Below are positions 56,530 to 63,983 of a stretch of DNA of 64,000 nucleotides, piece by piece. Each line of letters begins with the position of its first letter. Position 1 is the stretch's first letter. Source of the stretch: a virus; IMG/VR virus record IMGVR_UViG_3300012936_000006, positions 12,767 to 76,766 of that record. One strand, given 5' to 3'. The notes beneath the pieces are model-generated. The model did not search any database. It was not told where the DNA came from and was given only the letters and a program-made list of their open reading frames with translations. A program made the translations under genes and the position numbers.

Positions 56530-56943
56530 ATGAAAAAAATTTTACTGTTATTGGCTACCTGCATGTCTCTTGGGTGCGCCACTACAAAATTAAACACACC
56601 TCCATGGTTTGGGGGCAAGGGCAGTCATAAGCTAGGCATCACAAAAGTAAAGAAAGCTCAATCGACTCCATCATTCTGCTTCGACGGTCTGCTTAGGAAA
56701 ATGGAGCAGGCAGGCTGTCACGAGCTAGAATATTATCAAAAGAAAGCTGAACGTGGTTTCATACGCTACTCGTGTGTCAGTTGGGAGGGTAAACCACCAA
56801 CCACAAGCGACCTTTATCATCATGACTTTTATTTAATTTTATGGTTGCGTGGGCAAGGGCATTATGCTATGCTTGCTCCCGAGTGGTCAACTCATGTTTG
56901 TGGCGACAACTTTGCTTTACTTGTAGCAGCCGAGAAAGATTAA
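56530..56943 (+). CDS. Lipoprotein
   Basis: Lipobox SLGC. Confidence 0.65.
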   Translation: MKKILLLLATCMSLGCATTKLNTPPWFGGKGSHKLGITKVKKAQSTPSFCFDGLLRKMEQAGCHELEYYQKKAERGFIRYSCVSWEGKPPTTSDLYHHDFYLILWLRGQGHYAMLAPEWSTHVCGDNFALLVAAEKD

Positions 56944-57198
56944 ATGTGGTATCTTTATATTGTAGAATGCTCGGACGGCACACTGTATACAGGTGTAACT
57001 AAAGATATAGACCGTAGGCTGTACGAACACAATAACACCAGCAGAGGCGCAAAGTATACAAAGACACGCCGACCGGTGAAACTTGTGATGGAAAAGCCAT
57101 ACCCAGATCAGTCGAGCGCACAATCCGCAGAACACTTTTTTAAAAGCTTGCCACGTTCAGAAAAATTAAAACTTATCCGAGTTAACAATGCAAAATAA
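56944..57198 (+). CDS. GIY-YIG nuclease (YhbQ/UPF0213)
   Basis: WYLYIVECSDGTLYTGVT...RRLYEHN...GAKYT.RRPV. Confidence 0.9.
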   Translation: MWYLYIVECSDGTLYTGVTKDIDRRLYEHNNTSRGAKYTKTRRPVKLVMEKPYPDQSSAQSAEHFFKSLPRSEKLKLIRVNNAK

Positions 57199-57385
57199 AA
57201 ATACGCTTAAAACTATCGTTATCGGCTCTTTTGTACTACTTATACTTGGTGCTTGGGCTAACTGGGTATACCAGCGAAACCAGTTCCTTTATTCTGTAAT
57301 GGATTGCACCGAAGATAATTCTAAACAAGAGTACATTAGGTGTGCTAATATCGTGAGGTCAGGGTATGCAAATGTCGGTAGGTGA
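57188..57385 (+). CDS. Small membrane protein
   Basis: Single TM helix. Confidence 0.5.
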   Translation: MQNKNTLKTIVIGSFVLLILGAWANWVYQRNQFLYSVMDCTEDNSKQEYIRCANIVRSGYANVGR

Positions 57386-57569
57386 TTTAGTTCAATGTGT
57401 CGGCAAAAAAATAGGCGAGCCCGAGATCGGAGAGATTGGAATTATCATCAAGTCCGAAAAAGGCATCGTTGTAGCTTGCGTTACGCACAGAGGCAAAGGG
57501 CGTATTTGGACTGAGGATTGGCAAATCATATCTAAAGGATATTTATTAAAGGAGCAAATTAAATTATGA
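57366..57569 (+). CDS. GDLV-family SH3/KOW-like protein
   Basis: MSVGDLVQC...IGIII. Confidence 0.55.
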   Translation: MQMSVGDLVQCVGKKIGEPEIGEIGIIIKSEKGIVVACVTHRGKGRIWTEDWQIISKGYLLKEQIKL

Positions 57570-57826
57570 AAAAATTATTCGAAGAATTCCGAAGCTTTGT
57601 AGCCGAAGGTGAGGTAAGCGTGGAACAAGTTGTTAGCGAACTTGAAGGGCTGCAAGATGATTTGAATGGGGAAATTAGATCTTTTCAAAGCTTTGAAGGC
57701 GACCCAAAGAATCGTAGTGGTGCAAGTATCGAAGAACTATCGTTTGAGCGAGGCTCAGCCGAAGCAAAGCGAGAAGTCATCGAAAAACTTGAAGCGATCA
57801 TTAGCATGATCAAGGGGGTACAATGA
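57566..57826 (+). CDS. Hypothetical protein with FRSF leader variant
   Basis: MKKLFEEFRSFVAE. Confidence 0.55.
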   Translation: MKKLFEEFRSFVAEGEVSVEQVVSELEGLQDDLNGEIRSFQSFEGDPKNRSGASIEELSFERGSAEAKREVIEKLEAIISMIKGVQ

Positions 57827-58791
57827 AAGAGTTATTAACAGAGTGGAGAAAGTTTTTAAAAGAAAACAAGTCGCTTTCATTCACCGTAATCGAAGACGAG
57901 GATGACGGAGGACCAGCGGTGAGGATCGACGGTATCGATCTGTCTTTTCAAGATATGCTGTCTCAGCTTAATGGTCAAGTTGTGGATTTCAATGACGGCG
58001 ATGAGCCAGAAGAATTTAACTTTTCCGACATGGGTGGTGCTGAAGATGCAGAAGATGCAGAGCTATACATGGTTCGCAACGGGATCGCTCATTATTATGT
58101 TGAGGCGTGGGCTCACATGAACGGATATAGTGCCAAACAGACGGGTGGATTTCACGAAGTGCAAGATTTAATGGAAGGCTGGAGGCAGAGGCTCAACGAA
58201 TCCGGGCTCAATCGCCTGCGTAAGCATATGATGGCGCATGACTGCGCTATCCTTACAGCATTTAGAAATGATCTAAATGATATGTCTCAGTGTGCCGATG
58301 GTGCCGAGACTCCAGAAGAGGGCGTAAAAGATATTAATCGTAACCGTGATCTAAAAGCTACGCTGCTAGGAATGAAGATTGGTGTTACAAAGGTCGATGG
58401 TTCTTATGTCGAGGACTTTGATACGCCGATTGCCAAAGAAGTAAAAGAAGCAAGCTTGTTCTGTGTCAATCTAAACGATGACGGCAACTTCTTCGAGACA
58501 ATCCAGAAGCTAGGCGAAAAGTATTGTCAGGATTCCGTGCTTTGCATTCCGAAGGGTGGCGAAGGTGCTTTTCTTTTCGGGACGAACAACGCAGAGTTTC
58601 CCGGCTACGGACAGCGAGTTGACGTTGGCAATGCCAACTTTGGAGATGAGGCTGAATTTATGACGAAGATTCGTAACAAACCAATGACTTTCAATGAAGA
58701 GCAAGAAGTTGTCTTGGAGACTTACAGTGCGCTGCCTCGACAGCAGCGCATGGCTGTGATGGCAATTACAAGAAAATTTCTTAACATCTAA
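57823..58791 (+). CDS. Double-leader protein with C-terminal T3 SAMase-like (SAM lyase) domain
   Basis: MKELLTEWRKFLKE and internal VQDLMEGWRQRLNE; ILTAFR...NRNRDL...GSYVE...KEAS...YCQDSVL. Confidence 0.55.
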   Translation: MKELLTEWRKFLKENKSLSFTVIEDEDDGGPAVRIDGIDLSFQDMLSQLNGQVVDFNDGDEPEEFNFSDMGGAEDAEDAELYMVRNGIAHYYVEAWAHMNGYSAKQTGGFHEVQDLMEGWRQRLNESGLNRLRKHMMAHDCAILTAFRNDLNDMSQCADGAETPEEGVKDINRNRDLKATLLGMKIGVTKVDGSYVEDFDTPIAKEVKEASLFCVNLNDDGNFFETIQKLGEKYCQDSVLCIPKGGEGAFLFGTNNAEFPGYGQRVDVGNANFGDEAEFMTKIRNKPMTFNEEQEVVLETYSALPRQQRMAVMAITRKFLNI

Positions 58792-58820
58792 AAAAATATA
58801 TTATATAATTGGAGTATAAC

Positions 58821-59024
58821 ATGAGCGATTTCAAGAAAGGTGATCTTGTGGTGCCAACAGACGAAAACTATAAAGCCAAAGCGGTTGGTGTAGTTCTCAA
58901 GGTTGGTCGTCAAGGTGACGGTAGGACGCATCAGGTCTTATGGGTAGATCCCGATGGGTGCTTTGAATCTTGGCATTACGAAAACGGCATTAGTCTTTAC
59001 AAAAAGGAGTTAATTAATGGCTAA
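58821..59024 (+). CDS. GDLV-family SH3/KOW-like protein
   Basis: FKKGDLVV...VGVV...QVLW. Confidence 0.6.
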   Translation: MSDFKKGDLVVPTDENYKAKAVGVVLKVGRQGDGRTHQVLWVDPDGCFESWHYENGISLYKKELING

Positions 59025-59391
59025 AATTTCTCAAGTCTCCCGTGGGCGACGAACTATTAAAATTTCTCAAACTGAAAGTGCGGTGGTGTTTACCCCGGAA
59101 GGTGTGCATAATGTTCTGTCAGCAGAATCAAGACAGTTCATTGACGACATGCTGACCAAGGGTGAAGAAGTTGCGTTTGCTGGGATCACCCCGGACAAGT
59201 TTTGGACCGTTGTGCTACCTGCGGTGACCTATGTCAAGATGGCACAATATGTAAAAGAGGTCCAACAGGAGAACGCTCCACCTGAACCAGAGGTGGAAGA
59301 TTCATCTGTTGTCTTTGAAGAAGGCTCGTCTGTTGAGCCAGAGGTGCAAGAAGACGAACCAGAAACACCAATTGAAGCATTTGATGATTAA
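59017..59391 (+). CDS. Hypothetical protein with acidic tail
   Basis: AAGGAG RBS. Confidence 0.55.
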   Translation: MAKISQVSRGRRTIKISQTESAVVFTPEGVHNVLSAESRQFIDDMLTKGEEVAFAGITPDKFWTVVLPAVTYVKMAQYVKEVQQENAPPEPEVEDSSVVFEEGSSVEPEVQEDEPETPIEAFDD

Positions 59392-59401
59392 GGAGAAAAC
59401 A

Positions 59402-59614
59402 ATGCTTAAAGAGGAACTACTATCCGCTGCGGTGTCACAATTTCGAGCCCAAATGACTACCGCCCGTGCTAACTTAGGCGTATATCTACAAAACCCAACG
59501 GCGGTCGGAGAGCACCCCGACTTGGTTGCCGAGGTTGTAGAGCTAACCAGAAAAATTGCCGAGGCTGAAGAGTGTTTGGCTGTCTTGGGCGAATGGAACT
59601 CAAAACTGCGTTAA
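59402..59614 (+). CDS. Conserved phage hypothetical protein
   Basis: ANLGVYLQNPTAVGEHPD motif; AAGGAG RBS. Confidence 0.6.
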   Translation: MLKEELLSAAVSQFRAQMTTARANLGVYLQNPTAVGEHPDLVAEVVELTRKIAEAEECLAVLGEWNSKLR

Positions 59615-59760
59615 ATTATATATACGGGCTCTGTATTATAATTAATATTCTTGTGTTTGCCTATGGTGCAAGCGTAGGTTTCGATGAACTTATGATGTTG
59701 TCGTCAGCGTCCGGGCTGCTTTGTGCGCTCGGCTTTGTCAGAACATCTGGTAATAAATAA
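59593..59760 (+). CDS. Small two-TM membrane protein
   Basis: Two hydrophobic helices. Confidence 0.45.
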   Translation: MELKTALNYIYGLCIIINILVFAYGASVGFDELMMLSSASGLLCALGFVRTSGNK

Positions 59761-59781
59761 AAATTGTAACCTATTTAGTTT

Positions 59782-60294
59782 ATGCTAGGGTGGATCAAGA
59801 AATTTATAACAAAAAAATATAAACTTAACACTGGCGATCTGGTTAAGGATATTGGCGATAGCTTTGCTGCGGTCGAAGACCCCGGCATTGTTATTCAGGT
59901 GTTCAAGGATCGGTACGACTATCGACACCCCCTGTTTTTAGGTTTGGTTAAAGTTAAGATTGATGGTATCATGGTGAGGTGGCTCGACAAAAAAGGGTCA
60001 TCTCACATGTATCCTGCTTGCTGTGTTGCCAAGCTGAAACTACCAGAGGAAAAAGCAAAGCAACTAAGAACTTCAGCAGAGGAAAGATTCGAAAAACCAA
60101 AACCAGTGCCATCAGGCAAGGACACCCAACAGATGGATATTCCTTTTGATCTTGAGTGGGACATTCCCGAAATAGAAATACCTGAAGAGGTGGAAGAAAA
60201 GCAAGACCCTGCGTTAAATAAAATGCAAGAGAAGCTACGGGAAGTCCAAAGGATCGTAGAGGAAAGAAAGAGAAGAGAAGAGGGTGAAGAATGA
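59782..60294 (+). CDS. GDLV-domain protein with charged tail
   Basis: LNTGDLVKD...PGIV...MVRW. Confidence 0.55.
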   Translation: MLGWIKKFITKKYKLNTGDLVKDIGDSFAAVEDPGIVIQVFKDRYDYRHPLFLGLVKVKIDGIMVRWLDKKGSSHMYPACCVAKLKLPEEKAKQLRTSAEERFEKPKPVPSGKDTQQMDIPFDLEWDIPEIEIPEEVEEKQDPALNKMQEKLREVQRIVEERKRREEGEE

Positions 60295-60536
60295 GATGGA
60301 ACGTAACACCTAAGATCGGAGAGATACGAGAACGAATTATATTTCTTTGGTTACCGAAAAGATTTTATCGCAGGTCCAGAAACTTTTATTTTGAAGACAA
60401 TGGCGAGAGCGTGGTACTCTGGCTAGAGTCTGTGTACGTCGTAGAGAGGTGGTCTTACGCCAATGATATTTCTAGTCGTTCGACAAACAACAGCAAATGC
60501 TACTGGCGAACTGAAGCTTGGAGAGTTTTAAAATAA
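60291..60536 (+). CDS. Hypothetical protein
   Basis: FLWLPK...WLE motif; ATGA overlap with upstream gene. Confidence 0.5.
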   Translation: MRWNVTPKIGEIRERIIFLWLPKRFYRRSRNFYFEDNGESVVLWLESVYVVERWSYANDISSRSTNNSKCYWRTEAWRVLK

Positions 60537-60550
60537 ATCACAACTTTCAC

Positions 60551-60579
60551 TTGACATTACCCACAACATCTGTTATTCT
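60551..60579 (+). promoter_or_regulatory. Sigma70 promoter
   Basis: TTGACA-17-TATTCT with extended TG. Confidence 0.6.
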
Positions 60580-60608
60580 ATATATGCACTTAAACAATGG
60601 GAGAGCTT

Positions 60609-61547
60609 ATGAACCAGCTAGGCTATGCATGTATCAACATGAATCTATCAAACCTGCCCAAATCACAACGGGTTACCACCAATCGCTCAATGATCAAGCG
60701 AACATTCCAAGAGCGAGGTCTGGCATATGCCTCCGAGCTTGCGCTTGCAAACTGTCGTGACTTACTGACAGTCCTCAAGTGGAATCAAGCCAATGGTCTA
60801 AACTTCTTTCGTCTGTCATCCGACTTGTTTCCGTGGTCATCCGAGTACAACCTACGTGACTTACCCGACTACGACGACATTTGCGATGCACTCATGGAGG
60901 CTGGCGACTATGCCTATGACAACTGCCATCGCATCACTACACATCCCGGTCCTTTCAATGTGCTTGGCTCACCGAACCCTGACGTTGTGACCAAGACCAT
61001 CAAGGAACTCAACACCCATGCCGAGGTGTTTGACATGCTGGGTTTGCCTACCACTCCGTATGCCAAGATCAATATTCATGTCGGCGGCACCTACGGTGGT
61101 GACTTCGCAGGTACAGCCAAGCGATGGTGTGAAAACTTTCACAAACTATCCGAGACAGCGCAGGCTCGCTTGACCGTCGAGAACGACGACAAAGCTTCGA
61201 TGTGGTCTACTCAGCGACTGTACGACTACATTCATCAGCCCATCGGTATTCCCATCGTTCATGATGTGCATCATCATCGTTTTTGTCATGATGGCTTGAC
61301 AGACGAGCAGGCAATGAAGCTGGCTGCATCAACGTGGGGTGGCGTCACACCTGTCATTCACTACAGTGAATCACGCTCCGAAGAGCAGGGTGACCCAAAG
61401 ATTCGCCCTCAAGCACACTCGGACTACATCTATGACGAGATTCACACTTACGGTCTAGACGTAGATATTATGGTCGAAGCCAAAGCTAAGGAGTTGGCAG
61501 TGCAAAAGTACAAAGAGTTGTGGCACAGTGTTGAGGTGGCGGCATGA
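60609..61547 (+). CDS. uvsE: UV damage endonuclease (UVDE)
   Basis: LGYACIN, FFRLSS, HPGPF, NIHVGG, VENDD, DVHHH, HYSES, AHSDY, MVEAKAKE. Confidence 0.95.
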   Translation: MNQLGYACINMNLSNLPKSQRVTTNRSMIKRTFQERGLAYASELALANCRDLLTVLKWNQANGLNFFRLSSDLFPWSSEYNLRDLPDYDDICDALMEAGDYAYDNCHRITTHPGPFNVLGSPNPDVVTKTIKELNTHAEVFDMLGLPTTPYAKINIHVGGTYGGDFAGTAKRWCENFHKLSETAQARLTVENDDKASMWSTQRLYDYIHQPIGIPIVHDVHHHRFCHDGLTDEQAMKLAASTWGGVTPVIHYSESRSEEQGDPKIRPQAHSDYIYDEIHTYGLDVDIMVEAKAKELAVQKYKELWHSVEVAA

Positions 61548-61834
61548 CCGACAACCTGTATGCAGTCAGGCGGTTGAGGGACAAACTAAAGAAAGCAAGA
61601 GACCCAGACTTTGAAGTAAGGGAGGGGGATCTAATTCACTCAATCGGTGAAGCGGCAGGCTGGGTTGTTATTGATGTTACAAGTCGTGCTGAAACTATGC
61701 AATCTGTTGTCAGGTATTATATTCCCGGTAAAGGTGAGAGCACAATAACTCTTAAAAGATTAGAGCGGCAAGTTGATCGTGGCTTGTTTAAAATTTATAA
61801 AGGTTCCAAGTGGAGTGAAGGGGAAGGTGATTAG
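61544..61834 (+). CDS. GDLV-family-like protein
   Basis: VREGDLI. Confidence 0.45.
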   Translation: MTDNLYAVRRLRDKLKKARDPDFEVREGDLIHSIGEAAGWVVIDVTSRAETMQSVVRYYIPGKGESTITLKRLERQVDRGLFKIYKGSKWSEGEGD

Positions 61835-62202
61835 TGCTCACCCAAAATTTAATTTACTCGGCTCTGTTTTTTATGGCGGGGCATACGCTGGGTTGGTTTC
61901 AAGTCAATAGTCAATTTGCTTGGGAATGGTGGCGTGATCGACCGTTGTTTACTGTCTGCTTATACTCCGTGCCTACGGCTCTGTGCTACTTGTATGGAGC
62001 CAGATACGCATACATGGACACGGGGGAAGCTTGGGCAGGTCGCTTTATAGCTTTCGCAGCCAGTTATTTTATATTTCCAATCTTGACGTGGGTATTTTTA
62101 AAAGAGAGTCCTTTTACAAATAAAACCTTGATCTGCTTTGCACTTTCTGTTATTATAATGATAGTCCAGTTTTCACCTGTGACTGTAACGAATGGAGAGT
62201 GA
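61834..62202 (+). CDS. Four-TM membrane protein (SMR/DMT-like)
   Basis: Four hydrophobic helices; FLKE after TM3. Confidence 0.55.
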   Translation: MLTQNLIYSALFFMAGHTLGWFQVNSQFAWEWWRDRPLFTVCLYSVPTALCYLYGARYAYMDTGEAWAGRFIAFAASYFIFPILTWVFLKESPFTNKTLICFALSVIIMIVQFSPVTVTNGE

Positions 62203-62203
62203 T

Positions 62204-62401
62204 ATGCCACAGTGTATAAAGTGCGGAGAAGAATTTAACCCCAAGCGTTTACAGCTTGGTTATCAAACCTGTCTCTCTTGCGGGGGTCAGGCTGCTGCCA
62301 AGGAAATGGCTCGCAGGAAAAAGTGTGTAGCCCCTGCGTTTAACAAGGGTGCTTATCAATATGTTGGTAGCAGAGAAGATGCTCGATGGGTTGGAAAATA
62401 A
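62204..62401 (+). CDS. TraR/DksA-like C4 zinc-finger protein
   Basis: CIKCGEEFNPKRLQLGYQTCLSC. Confidence 0.55.
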   Translation: MPQCIKCGEEFNPKRLQLGYQTCLSCGGQAAAKEMARRKKCVAPAFNKGAYQYVGSREDARWVGK

Positions 62402-62451
62402 AATGAATATTATATTTTTACGCTCGTCTAAAAAAGTAAACGGAGGATAAA

Positions 62452-62727
62452 ATGTTAAAGAAGATTGGAATTGGATCTGTTATGTTGTTTTTGTTTCTCG
62501 TATCTGGTAATGCAGAGGCACACGAGATTCGAAGAACGAACACGATTAGAATTCATTACCAAGTCTGCATCGGCTGCGGGTCGAGCGTTCACACACACCG
62601 TGTCAGATACCGAAGCCCTCGAAGGTGGCACCGGCACCGCAGGGGTCACACGGTGCTTTGGCATTCTCACCATCCTCGTCACAGCAGGAGAAATGCCCAC
62701 CTGCACAGACGACTAATTCGACGATAA
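62452..62727 (+). CDS. Secreted His/Arg-rich protein
   Basis: Signal peptide ending AEA-H; H/R-rich mature part. Confidence 0.55.
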   Translation: MLKKIGIGSVMLFLFLVSGNAEAHEIRRTNTIRIHYQVCIGCGSSVHTHRVRYRSPRRWHRHRRGHTVLWHSHHPRHSRRNAHLHRRLIRR

Positions 62728-62751
62728 ATTAAAAAAAACGTCGTTTTTCTC

Positions 62752-62805
62752 TTGACTTTCGCCCCACTCTCTGCTATAGTATATATGTATTGAGAGTGAG
62801 GTTGA
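62752..62805 (+). promoter_or_regulatory. Promoter + leader cassette, copy 1
   Basis: TTGACT-17-TATAGT, then tatatgtattgagagtgaggttga. Confidence 0.7.
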
Positions 62806-62967
62806 ATGTTTAAAATAGGTCAAAAAGTTAACCACAAAGAAAACAGATGCCAAGGCGTCGTCGTTTCTAGAGCACCAAAGTTCGGCAAGAACTGGTTTGC
62901 TGTCGTGTGGACTCTGCCCAATGGTCGCAGAGAACAGCGTGTAGAGCATTGGAGTGCTATCAAATGA
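62806..62967 (+). CDS. GDLV-family-like protein, 53 aa (not in ORF track)
   Basis: MFKIGQKV...GVV...AVVW. Confidence 0.55.
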   Translation: MFKIGQKVNHKENRCQGVVVSRAPKFGKNWFAVVWTLPNGRREQRVEHWSAIK

Positions 62968-63167
62968 AGGTTGGCAGTCTTGTTCAATGGGTGTTAAACT
63001 GCCCCGGCTTTCCCACTAGGCAGGGGATCATAATCCGCACCTTTCGCTATGTAGATGGTCCAAATCAAGGACAGATAGCCAGCCACAGAGTACAGTGGTT
63101 TAGTAAAGCTGGCAAACCCCAGTCTAATACTTTTCACCCTCGGGACTTGACGGTGCTTTCGAAATGA
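62964..63167 (+). CDS. GDLV-family SH3/KOW-like protein
   Basis: MKVGSLVQW...GIII...RVQW...DLTVL. Confidence 0.6.
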   Translation: MKVGSLVQWVLNCPGFPTRQGIIIRTFRYVDGPNQGQIASHRVQWFSKAGKPQSNTFHPRDLTVLSK

Positions 63168-63541
63168 CCGAATATATAACAGATGGGCTAGGGTGGGTTG
63201 ACGACTTTCGTGCTCTCCCCGGTGAGTGTGGTTCACCACTCAGCAGAAAAATCTACCTCCAAGCCCTGCTAGGGCAAGGAAATCAGCCACACAAGCTCAA
63301 AGAAATGGGCTTCTCTTTTGAAATGATCCAAGAGGTTTTTATGAATCAGCTACGAAACACATATTTTAAAGTTGGAGATCTCGTAGAGATAAAAATGAAA
63401 CACGGTGTAGTAAAGGTGGGCATCATAACTGGTGAGCACTTCTCGGAAGCAATCGGCAGAGAATATGTGATTCTGCCTCAAGATGGGGGAAATCGAGTAA
63501 TCGCTTCCCCTTGTGACTTGACAGTTGTCAGTGAAAAATAA
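63164..63541 (+). CDS. Protein with C-terminal GDLV SH3/KOW-like domain
   Basis: FKVGDLVEIK...GIIT...DLTVVSE. Confidence 0.6.
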   Translation: MTEYITDGLGWVDDFRALPGECGSPLSRKIYLQALLGQGNQPHKLKEMGFSFEMIQEVFMNQLRNTYFKVGDLVEIKMKHGVVKVGIITGEHFSEAIGREYVILPQDGGNRVIASPCDLTVVSEK

Positions 63542-63552
63542 TGTTTATTTGC

Positions 63553-63606
63553 TTGACATTTGCTTCAACCTATGCTACATTGTATATGTATTGAGAGTGA
63601 GGTTGA
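63553..63606 (+). promoter_or_regulatory. Promoter + leader cassette, copy 2
   Basis: TTGACA-17-TACATT, then an identical 24-bp leader. Confidence 0.7.
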
Positions 63607-63607
63607 G

Positions 63608-63805
63608 ATGTTTTCAACAGGTGATTTAGTTAAGTTCATACCGGCTGCTGATAGAAACACATCAGGCTGGAATCCTAACCACAAAGCTGGTCTGATTGTC
63701 GAAAGCTTTATGGTCGCAGGCAAACTTTGGTATCTTATAAAGTTCGGTGGTTCAATCGAGCGAGTCTTTCATAAAGACGTGGAGTTGGTCAATGCGTGTC
63801 GGTGA
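63608..63805 (+). CDS. GDLV-family SH3/KOW-like protein
   Basis: FSTGDLVKF...GLIV...DVELV. Confidence 0.6.
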   Translation: MFSTGDLVKFIPAADRNTSGWNPNHKAGLIVESFMVAGKLWYLIKFGGSIERVFHKDVELVNACR

Positions 63806-63983
63806 TTTAGTTAGATATGTCAGCCCTAACAGCAGATGGGATCATACTTGGGATAAGTGGAGAGGGATTATACTTCGAGAAATTCCCGGCACTGAGCAAA
63901 TTAAAGTTATACACTGGCAGAATGGCAAGGTTCAAGGTTTACCAGCAAGAAACTTGGAGGTGGTTGTCAATGCAGGTCGGTGA
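63792..63983 (+). CDS. GDLV-family SH3/KOW-like protein
   Basis: MRVGDLVRY...GIIL...IHW...NLEVV. Confidence 0.6.
   Translation: MRVGDLVRYVSPNSRWDHTWDKWRGIILREIPGTEQIKVIHWQNGKVQGLPARNLEVVVNAGR

Noticed and set aside
56944-57198. GIY-YIG as a homing endonuclease / mobile element
   Set aside because: Only 84 aa, of the YhbQ/UPF0213 repair type, with no DNA-binding tail.
445-63239. Numerous minus-strand and alternate-frame ORFs in the track
   Set aside because: They overlap well-supported + strand genes and lack RBSs and recognisable motifs; treated as shadow ORFs.
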